52,466 nucleotides of DNA. Source: an uncultured Chitinophagales bacterium (GTDB lineage Bacteria > Bacteroidota > Ignavibacteria > UBA10030 > UBA6906). Position numbers and translations under genes: made by a program. Location: assembly GCA_964538485.1 (NCBI GenBank), contig CAZIHJ010000007.1, positions 1 through 52,466 on the forward strand, given 5' to 3'. Of the stretch, positions 29,464-39,203 are shown one piece after another. A model generated the notes under the pieces. It had not been told where the DNA came from and ran no database searches. It was given only the letters and a program-made list of their open reading frames with translations. Numbering within the stretch: the first letter of the stretch is position 1; each line of letters begins with the position of its first letter.

Positions 29464-30591
29464 TTACCCCTTTTTCAACCGAATATCGCCGTTGATAGTC
29501 TTGATACGGACTTTGTTCTTGCCGCCACCGACGGAGCCAGTCCCATAAATGTACTTTCTTGGTGATCCATCGTCTCTTTTCCATTCCTTGGTATGTTCTT
29601 GTTGTAACGGGAAGTCGCTCAGAATTTGATAGTCACCGTCGCTATCCCGGGTATACGCCAGTGTGACCTCAAGTTCCATTGAAAGATCGGCAGGTACCGT
29701 CAATGTCACCTCGCCCCCCATGGAGGAAATTTCCACGTCACGTTTGCCGTCGCTTGCATTCCCCACCATGGTAACCGTAATATCGCCTCCCATGGTCGTA
29801 GCTTGTACGGAACCATCCACCGCAGAGATTTCTATATTGCCTCCCATGGTCTTTGCCTTTGCAAACTTTGCAGCGGAGCGGATTCGAATATCTCCACCCA
29901 TCGTATGCACATTCGCGCCATCCGGCGCATCATCGACATTGATGTCGCCACCCATAGTGTTGATGTTGACATCCGTTCCTTTGGCTTCTCCGGAACGTCT
30001 CTTCACATTTCTCTGTGTTATCTCCCCACCTTGTGAAGTCGCCTTCACGCCACCGGTGACATCCTCCACCAGAACTCTCCCTCCCATCGTCTTTACACTA
30101 CCATCGACATCAGATTGCCTGAGCGTGATCTCTCCACCCATCGTGACAAAATCAAGGCGTCCGCGAAGATTACTGAAATCCAGTTCACCACCCATCGTTC
30201 TTCCCTCCATGGTTCCCTCTACGCCGTCGATCTTTACCGCTCCTCCCATGGACTCGATATCGAGATCATATTTCTTCGGGACTTGAATTCTGAATCGTAA
30301 ATCCGAGCTTGTGTTCTTTCTCCGGCCGTCAAACCGCGCTGTGATTGAAATGCCATCCACATCTTCTTCGATTCTCACATCAGTGCGGTCGGCATCACGT
30401 CCGCGTTTGTCCACCTCCACCTTCACGGACTCCTTGTCCCATGCGGAGATTTCGATTGAACCTCCCGTTTCTATATCCACGGTGAGTCGATCGCCGCTCT
30501 TCGTTGGTAATTCCCGCTCAAGTTTTTCTCCACTCAATACCTGGGCACCAAGAAACAAGAATCCGATTGAGAGTATACAGAATCGTTTCAT
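29464..30591 (-). CDS. DUF4097 beta-strand-repeat secreted protein with (T/S)MGG repeats
   Basis: Signal peptide (GGAG SD before ATG 30591), nine (T/S)MGG[DENAR] repeats, C-terminal KTINGDIRLKK. Confidence 0.85.
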   Translation of the reverse strand: MKRFCILSIGFLFLGAQVLSGEKLERELPTKSGDRLTVDIETGGSIEISAWDKESVKVEVDKRGRDADRTDVRIEEDVDGISITARFDGRRKNTSSDLRFRIQVPKKYDLDIESMGGAVKIDGVEGTMEGRTMGGELDFSNLRGRLDFVTMGGEITLRQSDVDGSVKTMGGRVLVEDVTGGVKATSQGGEITQRNVKRRSGEAKGTDVNINTMGGDINVDDAPDGANVHTMGGDIRIRSAAKFAKAKTMGGNIEISAVDGSVQATTMGGDITVTMVGNASDGKRDVEISSMGGEVTLTVPADLSMELEVTLAYTRDSDGDYQILSDFPLQQEHTKEWKRDDGSPRKYIYGTGSVGGGKNKVRIKTINGDIRLKKG

Positions 30592-30618
30592 ATGATTCTC
30601 CATTGTAATCTTCATGAG

Positions 30619-33273
30619 TTATTGGCTCCACCAGTATGCCAGTTTCACCATAAGAATATTGTCTGCCTCCGCTTTGATCAGCCGTTGAAATGACCGGCCG
30701 AACCTGAAATTGCCGATTTCTTCTTCATCGACGCGACTTTGTGTCCAGACAAAGTACATTGTTGAACCGGGAAGGAATTCCCAACGCAAGACGGCGTTCC
30801 CCCGTAGTGATTTGAAATTGAAATCGGGGTTTGAGAACTCAATCGGTGCGGCCGGTCCAGCCCCGTCCGGATCAGCGACATAGCTGATATTGCCATTGTC
30901 ATCTGTTCGCTCGACCAGTGTCGAGCCATTCGCTTGACCGAAGATATCGAAATCATAGGAACGTCCGCGGGCAAGAGATTTGAAATTCGTAAACGCGCCG
31001 GCTGAGATCAGCGGCTGGATGTACACTTGCAGGCTGAGTTCCGGCGTAAAGGTCCAGTCCAACCGAATACTCGTTGAGAATGTTGTCTGTTGCATTTCCC
31101 CGAACACGTATCGCCGTCCATAAGTGGCTGTGGCGATGGGATCCGTGAAAGCCCCGACCCATTGCGATGCCTGGAAGTTGCGCGAAAGTGCGGGTGAGAG
31201 ACTGAGGGTTACGCTGGGCGCAGGCCTCCAGCGGAACTGCGTCCAAAGTTCCCAGTTATCTGTGTAGTCGGACCAATACGAGTACCATTCAAGGTCCACA
31301 AAGAAATCCCGCCGCACATCCGATTCAAACCCGACAAAATACTCCCGGCCCGGCGGTGTGATTGTTGATGGGCCACCCCTCGTCCGACGGATGCTGATTG
31401 TTTCGGGATTATATGCGAACTTCAATTCAGCGCTGTAGTAGTTTGGGAATTGCATGTAGAAATAATTCCAAATGCCCTGCCAGGTTATATTTCCGTCGAA
31501 ATCGTAACTGCGGAACAGGGCTGCGCCCAGCTCAAGCCAGCGATACACATCCGTTGGTTCGGACCACTTGTATCCTCCCGCAACATGCGAGTTGATGACA
31601 TCCGTGCGCGATTGAAAACCGAGATCATTCATCTCAAATCCCGGACTCACCAGGCCCAGTGAACCGTTGAGAAAGGAACTCCCCTTGGATTTTGTGAAAA
31701 AGAGGCGACTGATATATCCGGTCAGTGATCTGGCGCTACTATCAACGCTTACATGGCCGGCATCAGGCCGCTGATAATAGCGCGCAGAGCTTCGTTGCAG
31801 GGCGATCATGCGCTCGGGAGTTCCGGCAACATGGGAGAGAGCGCCGTATGCAGTAATCACCCAGGTACGCGATGAATCGAGGAATGTCCATCCGTCAAGT
31901 CCTACAAGTGTGCCCGAAGCGTTCATCTGATCTCGCAGCCTGTCGTCCTTGAACCCGCGCGAAGTCTGGGTTGCGAGCATGCCGATGCCATAGTGTCCAT
32001 TGTCGATCTCCTTCAGTGCGCGGGCAATGCCATAGTATGTGAGCGGTTCAACCTCGGAAGAGAAACGAGTCCCCGCCATTTCCAGATTTGCGTGTTCGCG
32101 GGCAGTGACGGCGTGTATTGTGCCGATATTCCAATTGTCTGCGACTTTGCCCGTCAGCTTCGCTGCACCGATAATGTCCGTTCCTGATGGAATCTCGGCA
32201 AAATCGGCATCGGGAAGTCCGCCCTGGGGTGTGCGACCGATACGGCGGCTGTAGAAGAATGTGGGTGTGCTCCAATTGAAACTCCAGTTGTTTGTCGCTC
32301 CTCCCTGGCCAAACCGGAGAGTACTGGATCCTTCAATAAAAAAAGGTCTTTTCTCTTGGAAGAACGTTTCTACATCACTCAAGTTGACCACTGCCGGATC
32401 GACCTCGACCTGCCCAAAGTCAGGGTTGACAGTGCCGTCGAGGGTAAGGTTGCTTCCCAAGCCAAGCTTAAAATCAGCGCCAACGCGAGATCCGTATGTA
32501 GAGCCGTCGTTGAACGGATCACCAGCAGCGTGACGTGTAAACTCTGCTTTGGTGGTGAGGTAGGGAAGAACCTCGAATTGACGGACCGGCGCGATACCTT
32601 GTATGCCAACCAGGTCAACGAAGCGGGAAACGAATCCTGTGCCATTCTTGGGTGTGTAGACGATGTAGTCCCGTTCGTTGGTACGAGTGAGATCGCGACG
32701 GAAGTTGATCCCCCAGACATTGTTCACTTGTTCATGAAATCGGAGTTGAGAGAAGGGGATGCGCATTTCGGCGCACCAGCCATTTGTGTTTATCGTGACC
32801 TTGCCTTCCCATATTCCATCCCAACTGTTATCGTCCCAATCATCATTCTCCAGAATTCCATCGTAGAGTGTGCCCGCTGCGTCAAGTCCGAAATAGAAAC
32901 CACTGCGTTTATCATGGTATGGGTCAACAAAGAACATGATTGCGTCTCCGTCTCCCCAGGAGTCACGTCTGCCGAGGCGTACTGCGATGGACTCAGGTGC
33001 GGTGTCGTGCATCTGCGTTGCCACATACAGTGCGGCATCATCGTACGCGATCCAGATTTCCGTTTTCTGACTCGGTGTGCCACCTTCCATCGGTTCACGC
33101 TGGGTGAATTGGGAGAATCCCTGCTGGTGCCAGGCCGGCTCGGAGAGAACTCCATCGATGATAATTGGTGTACCAGTTCTTACGGCAGTTACTGACACAC
33201 CAGGGGTTTGGGCGAGCAACAATTGTACGCACACCATCATGGCGATCGTCACCGAAAAACCAAATCGAAACAT
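30619..33273 (-). CDS. CBM9-like/DUF5916 outer membrane protein
   Basis: IDGVLSEPAW, W.AEMRIPFSQLRF, WGINFRR, TVNPDFGQVEVD, EKRPFFIEG, FFYSRRIG, NAVLRWEFLPGST, C-terminal KLAYWW. Confidence 0.88.
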   Translation of the reverse strand: MFRFGFSVTIAMMVCVQLLLAQTPGVSVTAVRTGTPIIIDGVLSEPAWHQQGFSQFTQREPMEGGTPSQKTEIWIAYDDAALYVATQMHDTAPESIAVRLGRRDSWGDGDAIMFFVDPYHDKRSGFYFGLDAAGTLYDGILENDDWDDNSWDGIWEGKVTINTNGWCAEMRIPFSQLRFHEQVNNVWGINFRRDLTRTNERDYIVYTPKNGTGFVSRFVDLVGIQGIAPVRQFEVLPYLTTKAEFTRHAAGDPFNDGSTYGSRVGADFKLGLGSNLTLDGTVNPDFGQVEVDPAVVNLSDVETFFQEKRPFFIEGSSTLRFGQGGATNNWSFNWSTPTFFYSRRIGRTPQGGLPDADFAEIPSGTDIIGAAKLTGKVADNWNIGTIHAVTAREHANLEMAGTRFSSEVEPLTYYGIARALKEIDNGHYGIGMLATQTSRGFKDDRLRDQMNASGTLVGLDGWTFLDSSRTWVITAYGALSHVAGTPERMIALQRSSARYYQRPDAGHVSVDSSARSLTGYISRLFFTKSKGSSFLNGSLGLVSPGFEMNDLGFQSRTDVINSHVAGGYKWSEPTDVYRWLELGAALFRSYDFDGNITWQGIWNYFYMQFPNYYSAELKFAYNPETISIRRTRGGPSTITPPGREYFVGFESDVRRDFFVDLEWYSYWSDYTDNWELWTQFRWRPAPSVTLSLSPALSRNFQASQWVGAFTDPIATATYGRRYVFGEMQQTTFSTSIRLDWTFTPELSLQVYIQPLISAGAFTNFKSLARGRSYDFDIFGQANGSTLVERTDDNGNISYVADPDGAGPAAPIEFSNPDFNFKSLRGNAVLRWEFLPGSTMYFVWTQSRVDEEEIGNFRFGRSFQRLIKAEADNILMVKLAYWWSQ

Positions 33274-33393
33274 GGCGATCAGTCCTTTTTCATTGTTTGT
33301 CTAACAGTGATTGTCGTTGCCCCTGCGGGTATTCCAAGGGTCCAGCTTCAGCACTGATGGTGTGTTGATAATGAGAGGTCCGACAAACCCGCA

Positions 33394-34533
33394 CTATCGT
33401 TTTCTAATATTGATATCAGAATTGACTGTTTCGAGCACGATGGTTTCTCCTCCACCATTTATGACGTATGTTGACCTGATTTCTTTTTCCTCGCGGTTAC
33501 CTGATTTGGTTTGCGATGGAAAGTCCGACCTGATCTCGTACGTTTCGTCATGGTCCCGCCACCGTCCCTGAATACGGATACGGGCTTCAATGGTTGCCTT
33601 TGCGTTTTCCGGAAGTATGAGAGTAATTTCACCCGCGGCCGAAGAAAGCCGGCTTCTCCCATTCCCGGACGGGGTCAATTCAGCGCGAATCTCGCCACCT
33701 GCTGTACGCGCTTCCACCGACCCGGAAATTCGCTCAAGGAGAACGTCGCCACCGCTTGTTGCTGCGCGAATGGAACCGCTTCCGCCTTTCAGTTGAATAT
33801 CGCCCCCCGATGTTTTCATGTCCACTCTTCCGGAGACCTTTCCTACGACGATGTTTCCGCCCGAAGTTGAGACCACTGCTTCGCTTCCCACATCACCGAT
33901 CATGATATCGCCGCCAGAAGTGGAGGCCTTCAACGACTTTCCCACGTCACCCAGCGTAATATTGCCGCCTGAAGTGTGAAGGGCAAGTTCACCGGTGATG
34001 CTCCGAAGGTCAATATCACCACCCGAGGTGTTCAGCGAGGCGTTCCCGGTGATCTTGCCGGTTCTGATGTCGCCGCCGGAGGTTCGGACTCTCACTTCAC
34101 CCTCTATATCATCCATCCTGATGTTTCCCGCGGATGTTTCCACGTCAAGGGTACCGATCAGTTTGTCCCGCAAGGTGATGTCACCGTGCGTGGTCTCAAT
34201 CGTGACATCAAACTGTGTTGGAATCGTAACCATCAACCGTGTCCCTTCATACCCCCAACCGTGACGATTGACAATGCGGACTGTATTTCCTGACTGTGTC
34301 ATCTTCAGGTCATCAATCTCTTCTTCATCAACATATTCAATCTTCACGGCAATTTCGTTCCGGTCCCATGTACTCAACCGAACATCGCCTCCATCGAGTG
34401 CGACGTCCAGCAGCCCACCTTTTGTGACTGTAAATGTTTTCTCCTTGAATCGACCATCATCATCCTTTTGGGCAGCAACAACTGCTGTACAAAGTAAAAT
34501 GACAGTGAGAATAGTGTGAATAGTCTCCTTCAT
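33394..34533 (-). CDS. DUF4097 beta-strand-repeat secreted protein with TSGG repeats
   Basis: Signal peptide, seven TSGG[DN][IV] repeats at an 18-aa period, C-terminal ETVNSDINIRKR. Confidence 0.88.
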   Translation of the reverse strand: MKETIHTILTVILLCTAVVAAQKDDDGRFKEKTFTVTKGGLLDVALDGGDVRLSTWDRNEIAVKIEYVDEEEIDDLKMTQSGNTVRIVNRHGWGYEGTRLMVTIPTQFDVTIETTHGDITLRDKLIGTLDVETSAGNIRMDDIEGEVRVRTSGGDIRTGKITGNASLNTSGGDIDLRSITGELALHTSGGNITLGDVGKSLKASTSGGDIMIGDVGSEAVVSTSGGNIVVGKVSGRVDMKTSGGDIQLKGGSGSIRAATSGGDVLLERISGSVEARTAGGEIRAELTPSGNGRSRLSSAAGEITLILPENAKATIEARIRIQGRWRDHDETYEIRSDFPSQTKSGNREEKEIRSTYVINGGGETIVLETVNSDINIRKR

Positions 34534-35498
34534 TGGTTCTCTACCTCCTGAAGTACTGCTTTGGAACGGATGCGTACGTAGTTATTATTGTCGGTTTGCA
34601 TTCGGTCATGTAATACGCGCTTCAACTCCTGATCAGTTCCGGTTCCAACAACTCGTGCCGAGTCGAGCGCGTTAATGGCAGCAATGCGGACACCGGAATT
34701 CTTATCGTGCATGAGTGCATATAAAAAAGCATCTTTGATTTCTTCGTCGAACTGGAATCCCCGTAATACGCGCAAGGCCTCACGGCGTACACCTGGATTT
34801 GTATCTGCTTTCAATGCGGAAACCAGGCCGGCTTTCAGTTCGCGATCAGGGAGCTTCAAACTCCGTGCTCCAACAGCATTGACCGATCGCAGTCGTATAC
34901 CAGGGTTGTGGTCATTCACCATGGCATGTGCGAGTGCCTGTTGCACCCGATCGTCGTTGACACTTCCCCTGATTCGCACTGGTGTTACTGCATCGAATGT
35001 AAATTCAATCTCGCCGTCGCTCGCATCCGAATCAATAAAACGAAGACCCGTAATGTGCGTTGAGCCCTGATTTGTTGATGTCAGTAAAGCGGCATTGGTT
35101 GAATCATTCGGGGAATCAGGAGAGAGGTGGGAGGATGAAAACCAGAAGTACCCACCGAGCAGTCCTGCGGCGAGCATCCCAACGCCGCCCAGGACAATGC
35201 GGTACGAAGGAAATATCGAATCCAAAAGCTCAAGAAAACGCTGTCCCACTGTTCGTTCTGATTCCTCCTGCGCTAGTGCCTGACGCAGTTGTGCTCTTGC
35301 TTCATTCAGAAGCTGCTCATTTACTTGAATTGTGTGCCGGTGAGCAAGCACACCGTGAAGCTGTTTCAGCTCTTCGAGTTCACGTCCACATGTCTCACAG
35401 TCTACCAGATGAGCCTGAAGTCGTTGGTATTCTGTCTCACTCAACTCATCATACATAAACCGGGGGAGGAGTCGCATGGCGTTCGTATGTTCCATCAT
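34530..35498 (-). CDS. Zinc anti-sigma factor (zf-HC2) with a TM segment and C-terminal HEAT repeats
   Basis: HLVDCETC (HxxxCxxC), TM IVLGGVGMLAAGLLGGYFWF, repeats D.N.G.R..A..AL; GAAGGAG SD. Confidence 0.88.
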   Translation of the reverse strand: MMEHTNAMRLLPRFMYDELSETEYQRLQAHLVDCETCGRELEELKQLHGVLAHRHTIQVNEQLLNEARAQLRQALAQEESERTVGQRFLELLDSIFPSYRIVLGGVGMLAAGLLGGYFWFSSSHLSPDSPNDSTNAALLTSTNQGSTHITGLRFIDSDASDGEIEFTFDAVTPVRIRGSVNDDRVQQALAHAMVNDHNPGIRLRSVNAVGARSLKLPDRELKAGLVSALKADTNPGVRREALRVLRGFQFDEEIKDAFLYALMHDKNSGVRIAAINALDSARVVGTGTDQELKRVLHDRMQTDNNNYVRIRSKAVLQEVENQ

Positions 35499-35505
35499 TT
35501 CTCCT

Positions 35506-36087
35506 TCAATCCTTCTCGTGGTATTCCCGCAGCAGCTCGCGCATCGCATGTGTAGCAAGAAAGAGATACCGTTTTACCGTTCCTTCGGTGCAGTCCATCA
35601 TTGTTGCAATTTCCCGGAGTTTGTATCCCTGATAATGCCTCAGGGTGAATACCATCTTCTGTTTTGGTGCCAGACAATCGAGTGCCGCTTCGATTCTTTC
35701 TGCAATTTCGGTGGTGATGCGTGCTTGATCAGGGGCGGCCGTGTCAGCCGTGATCGCTTGTGTATGTGGCTCTCCATCTTCATCAGTGAACGCCCCACGC
35801 ATTGGCGATTCCGTTTGTTGCTGTCTCCTTGTCCGATGAGTCAGGCATACATTCGTGGTAATTCTGTAAAGCCAGGTACTAAACTCACTCCGGAACTGAA
35901 ATTTCTTGATTCCTCGGAATACTCTGATAAACACTTCCTGATAAATATCTTTGGCATCGTCGGCATTTGACACGTAACGGGTGGCAATGGCAAGCACTTG
36001 TCGGTCGTAACGAAGAACAAGTTGCTCAAATGCCTCTGTATTACCGGCCTGGGCGCGTAGGATTAATTCATTCTCTGAGTATTGCAT
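35506..36087 (-). CDS. ECF RNA polymerase sigma factor (copy 1)
   Basis: AFEQLV, DAKDIYQEVF, FSTWLYRITTN, EIATMMDCTEGTVKRYL. Confidence 0.95.
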   Translation of the reverse strand: MQYSENELILRAQAGNTEAFEQLVLRYDRQVLAIATRYVSNADDAKDIYQEVFIRVFRGIKKFQFRSEFSTWLYRITTNVCLTHRTRRQQQTESPMRGAFTDEDGEPHTQAITADTAAPDQARITTEIAERIEAALDCLAPKQKMVFTLRHYQGYKLREIATMMDCTEGTVKRYLFLATHAMRELLREYHEKD

Positions 36088-36114
36088 GCAGGCCTGGTGA
36101 TGGTGTTCTGTGCA

Positions 36115-36144
36115 TTAGACTTGTGACGCAGGAAAAAGGTTGTA
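36115..36144 (-). promoter_or_regulatory. ECF-type promoter upstream of sigma copy 1
   Basis: Minus strand TACAAC-CTTTTTCCTGCGTCACAA-GTCTAA (AAC-N18-GTCTAA), ending 27 nt before the ATG. Confidence 0.7.
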
Positions 36145-36163
36145 GTCGCAGGAGGGAAAAGGG

Positions 36164-36196
36164 GGGCCGAATGAACACAATTGCAGAATCCGGCCC
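36164..36196 (-). terminator. Weak hairpin separating the two ECF units
   Basis: GGGCCGGA/TTCGGCCC 8-bp stem with one G-U pair, 17-nt loop, CCCTTTT tail. Confidence 0.4.
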
Positions 36197-36211
36197 AAAT
36201 TGTCGGCATTG

Positions 36212-37204
36212 TCAGCAGTGGATGGACAATTGACGTGTTCCTCCACTCGTTTTTGAGAGACTCTCCCTAAATGAATGGTGCAAGTCCTCCATTTCAAAAC
36301 GAAGATCATCCCTCAAATGGTCGAGCTCAAGCCGAAGCTCCTCCAGCAGTGGGTCCAATTCTTCCATTTCGAAGCCAAAGTCATCCCAATCGTCCAGTCT
36401 CTCATGAAGGTCCCCACGAAAATAATATTGGTATCCCCTTGGTGAATTGAGGTCGCCTACATCCATTGTAAGCTTCATGGAGCCGCCTTTGCGAAGAATC
36501 TCGACGTCCACCTTTTCGTCGTTGTCGTAGTTGTTCAGCGCCCTTCGAATGTCGCGAACATCTTCAATGACGTCTTTGCCGATTTTTGTAATCACATCGC
36601 CGGCTTTGAAGCCTGCTTTCTCTGCCGCGCTTTCTTCTTCGACCTCTTCAACGAGTACCCCACGTTTGTTCGGTGCCTGAAAATACGCCCCCAGTTGCTC
36701 GTTGAGTTCCCGCAGTTCAAGTCCCTTTACGCCCGATCTCTCGAGCATGTGCATTGCAGGTGGGATCGGAGGGGCGACAGCAACCGCCCGCCGGCGTGGA
36801 ATTGCGCCCAGGGTTACTTCCAGCGACATCCGTTCGTCTCCTCTGACGACAACGAGGTTTGCCGCGGTCTCTGGTTTGGTAGCTCGTACTGCGTCCGAAA
36901 GGTCCGAGGCATCATTAATTGTTATTCCTTGAAATTCAACGATGATGTCTTCATTCCTAATGCCTGCCTTTTCCGCCGGACTATCATCCACAACATCATT
37001 GACAAGAGCTCCTTTGGTGGTCTTGCTGTTGATTGAACGGGCAAGTCGCGATGTCATGTCCTGCGTAAATACTCCCAGCCATCCGCGATCCCTCGATTTG
37101 TCTTTGACTACTATGACATCGGGAGGTGCTGCAAGCTGCGGACTAATACTCCCAGTAAACAGTGTGGCCAGGCAGACGATACAGCCGAGTATGAATATCT
37201 TCAT
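36212..37204 (-). CDS. Secreted tandem-PDZ protein without a protease domain
   Basis: Signal peptide; RGWLGV...SPAEKAGI...DII and GVLV...SAAEKAGFKAGDVI; acidic helical tail; no trypsin domain. Confidence 0.85.
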   Translation of the reverse strand: MKIFILGCIVCLATLFTGSISPQLAAPPDVIVVKDKSRDRGWLGVFTQDMTSRLARSINSKTTKGALVNDVVDDSPAEKAGIRNEDIIVEFQGITINDASDLSDAVRATKPETAANLVVVRGDERMSLEVTLGAIPRRRAVAVAPPIPPAMHMLERSGVKGLELRELNEQLGAYFQAPNKRGVLVEEVEEESAAEKAGFKAGDVITKIGKDVIEDVRDIRRALNNYDNDEKVDVEILRKGGSMKLTMDVGDLNSPRGYQYYFRGDLHERLDDWDDFGFEMEELDPLLEELRLELDHLRDDLRFEMEDLHHSFRESLSKTSGGTRQLSIHC

Positions 37205-37266
37205 TTGTCATTCCTTCGTTGTTTGCGGCTTTTCAATACGGACGATATTCCTGTTGCATTGTTTCG

Positions 37267-38400
37267 TTACTTTCCTTTCAAGACTTCGTAGAGTGCCCCC
37301 CGGGCCTTTTCTCCTCCGATATTTCCAAGATAGTATATGGCATCGCGCCGAAATCCGTAGTTATTGTGTGAAAGGGCCACTGTTCTGAGAAAATCCACCG
37401 CCTTGTCATTCCCCACTTCGGCAATCGCATAGAAAATTGTTTCAACCGGTTCGCGACGTTGGTGCGGTATGCTATTGAAGAGATCAATCAATAGTCCCAC
37501 GGAACGGTTTTTATCCGGTGTTTCGTTACCTATGAAATCAATGGCATACGCCTGGAGTTGTTCGTTGGTGTCCTTAAGAACAATTTCCATGAGCACGGGA
37601 AGGACATCATGCTTTTTGAAATCAACGAGGACATCCAACGATGCCTCACGCAAGGGAAGGGGCTGTTTGATGTCAACCGCAATGTCACGGAGTGTTGCAA
37701 AGGATTTGTCGTCCTCCTTTGCTTCGCCGAGTGCATACAGCGCCTCCATCTTGAGGCGTGTTTCGGGATCGAGGTCTTCATCAACATTCATTGCCAGGGG
37801 AGTCATGCTGATTCCCCTTGGGTACCGCCAGCGTACCATGGATCTGCTTTGTCTTTTAAGTTGGCGCTCGACATCGCGCATGTGTGGAGCCATTGAGTAT
37901 GCATATCCGCCGCCGGGTGCTTTGGTAATACTCACTGCACCGGCTGATGTCCCCGGAGCGATGACATACACATCAGATTCAAGTTGAGCAAGATCAGAGA
38001 TGGCATCGTCGTAGTAACTGCTCTTCGGATACTGCTCGATGAATTGCTCGTATGCAGCTGTTGCCTTTTTCCTATCCTGGTGTCGCAATGCGTAAGCCGA
38101 CCAGTACCGTGCATCATCAACGTACTCGCTCTTGGAGTACTTGCTGATGACTTCGGTAAATTTCTTGCGTGCTTCGTTCCATTGCTCGTCAAGAATCAAT
38201 GTGTATCCCTCTCGATAGGTGTTGTACGCCGGGTCATCGGATTGTTCCTGGGCGAGCGGAAGCAAAGAGAGAGCCGCTGCAGGCGGGCGATCCGGTGGAG
38301 GTGATGTTGCTGCACGCGCTCGTGATGTCGTGGTCTGTGCATGAATGGAAACAGCCGCGAGCAGCACGAACGCGAGGTGATAGAGAGATATCCTGTTCAT
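37267..38400 (-). CDS. Secreted TPR (BamD/YfiO-like) plus HEAT-repeat protein
   Basis: Signal peptide, WNEARKKF...SEYVDDARYWSAY, YPKSSYYDDA, then HEAT-like helices (RRDAIYYLGNIGG). Confidence 0.8.
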   Translation of the reverse strand: MNRISLYHLAFVLLAAVSIHAQTTTSRARAATSPPPDRPPAAALSLLPLAQEQSDDPAYNTYREGYTLILDEQWNEARKKFTEVISKYSKSEYVDDARYWSAYALRHQDRKKATAAYEQFIEQYPKSSYYDDAISDLAQLESDVYVIAPGTSAGAVSITKAPGGGYAYSMAPHMRDVERQLKRQSRSMVRWRYPRGISMTPLAMNVDEDLDPETRLKMEALYALGEAKEDDKSFATLRDIAVDIKQPLPLREASLDVLVDFKKHDVLPVLMEIVLKDTNEQLQAYAIDFIGNETPDKNRSVGLLIDLFNSIPHQRREPVETIFYAIAEVGNDKAVDFLRTVALSHNNYGFRRDAIYYLGNIGGEKARGALYEVLKGK

Positions 38401-39203
38401 AATACACTCCTGGAGTATTTTGCATGAATCAATCGTACCGAGTCTCTTGTTGCTTCGGCCATCCGGATCTTAAAAAGGAGGTTTTCCTGTTCGATGCCAC
38501 TGCGGATGATTTCGACGTTGGGAAGATCTGATTGTTGTTCCATGTTTGCCAGTTCAATAAGAATTTTCTGGAGATCTCTTAACAAGAGAACGGAACGGGG
38601 ATCGAGGTGTTCCTCGCCGAGGTTTCTGGCCTCCCGAATCAATTCCCGTGACACTGTTCGTTCAACTGAAAGGTCAACAGGACTACCATCAGCTGTTTTC
38701 AGATTTGAGAGTCCGACCAACAACACCTTGGAGCGGCGCAAATATTGTCCCATCGGGTCTACCGTGTTCTCAACATGTTGCACAGTGTTCAGAGGAGGTT
38801 CCGGGTGCGCCGTCTGCCGACGCATCCATTCGTTTGATCCGAACCATAACAGCCCTAAAACTGCCACCGCACCTCCCGTAGCAACCATAAAGCGTCGTTG
38901 TGGAACAATAGTATCGTGAAGATATGAGAAGGGAGTCTCCCACCACTTCATGGGTGGCGGTGATGATTTTGCGATGCGTCTCTCCACGCTTCCTGCAAAT
39001 GCATCCCAGAAGGCAGTTTGCCGTTCATCTGCCGGAGACAAGGAAGGTGGTAATACCTCTGCAAGAGTTGACCGTAGCCCTTGTAATTCCTTGGCGCACT
39101 CAATGCAAGATGCGAGATGGTGTTCAACTTCGTTGTGCAGTGTAGGGGAGAGTCCGTCGTGGAGATAGTCATACAATTGTTGTCTAACGGCTTTGTGTGT
39201 CAT
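38397..39203 (-). CDS. Zinc anti-sigma factor (zf-HC2) with a TM segment and helical periplasmic domain
   Basis: HLASCIEC, TM FMVATGGAVAVLGLLWFG; ATG 39203 overlaps the sigma stop (ATGA). Confidence 0.85.
   Translation of the reverse strand: MTHKAVRQQLYDYLHDGLSPTLHNEVEHHLASCIECAKELQGLRSTLAEVLPPSLSPADERQTAFWDAFAGSVERRIAKSSPPPMKWWETPFSYLHDTIVPQRRFMVATGGAVAVLGLLWFGSNEWMRRQTAHPEPPLNTVQHVENTVDPMGQYLRRSKVLLVGLSNLKTADGSPVDLSVERTVSRELIREARNLGEEHLDPRSVLLLRDLQKILIELANMEQQSDLPNVEIIRSGIEQENLLFKIRMAEATRDSVRLIHAKYSRSVL

Noticed and set aside
32356-33195. Long antisense ORFs, e.g. 279 aa here, and 11-793, 5996-6757, 8397-9098, 12909-13589
   Set aside because: All lie fully opposite well-supported genes and show no domain motifs; they are typical shadow ORFs.
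33299-33304. Intergenic GTCTAA near the DUF5916 start
   Set aside because: It points away from the gene and has no AAC 18 nt upstream.
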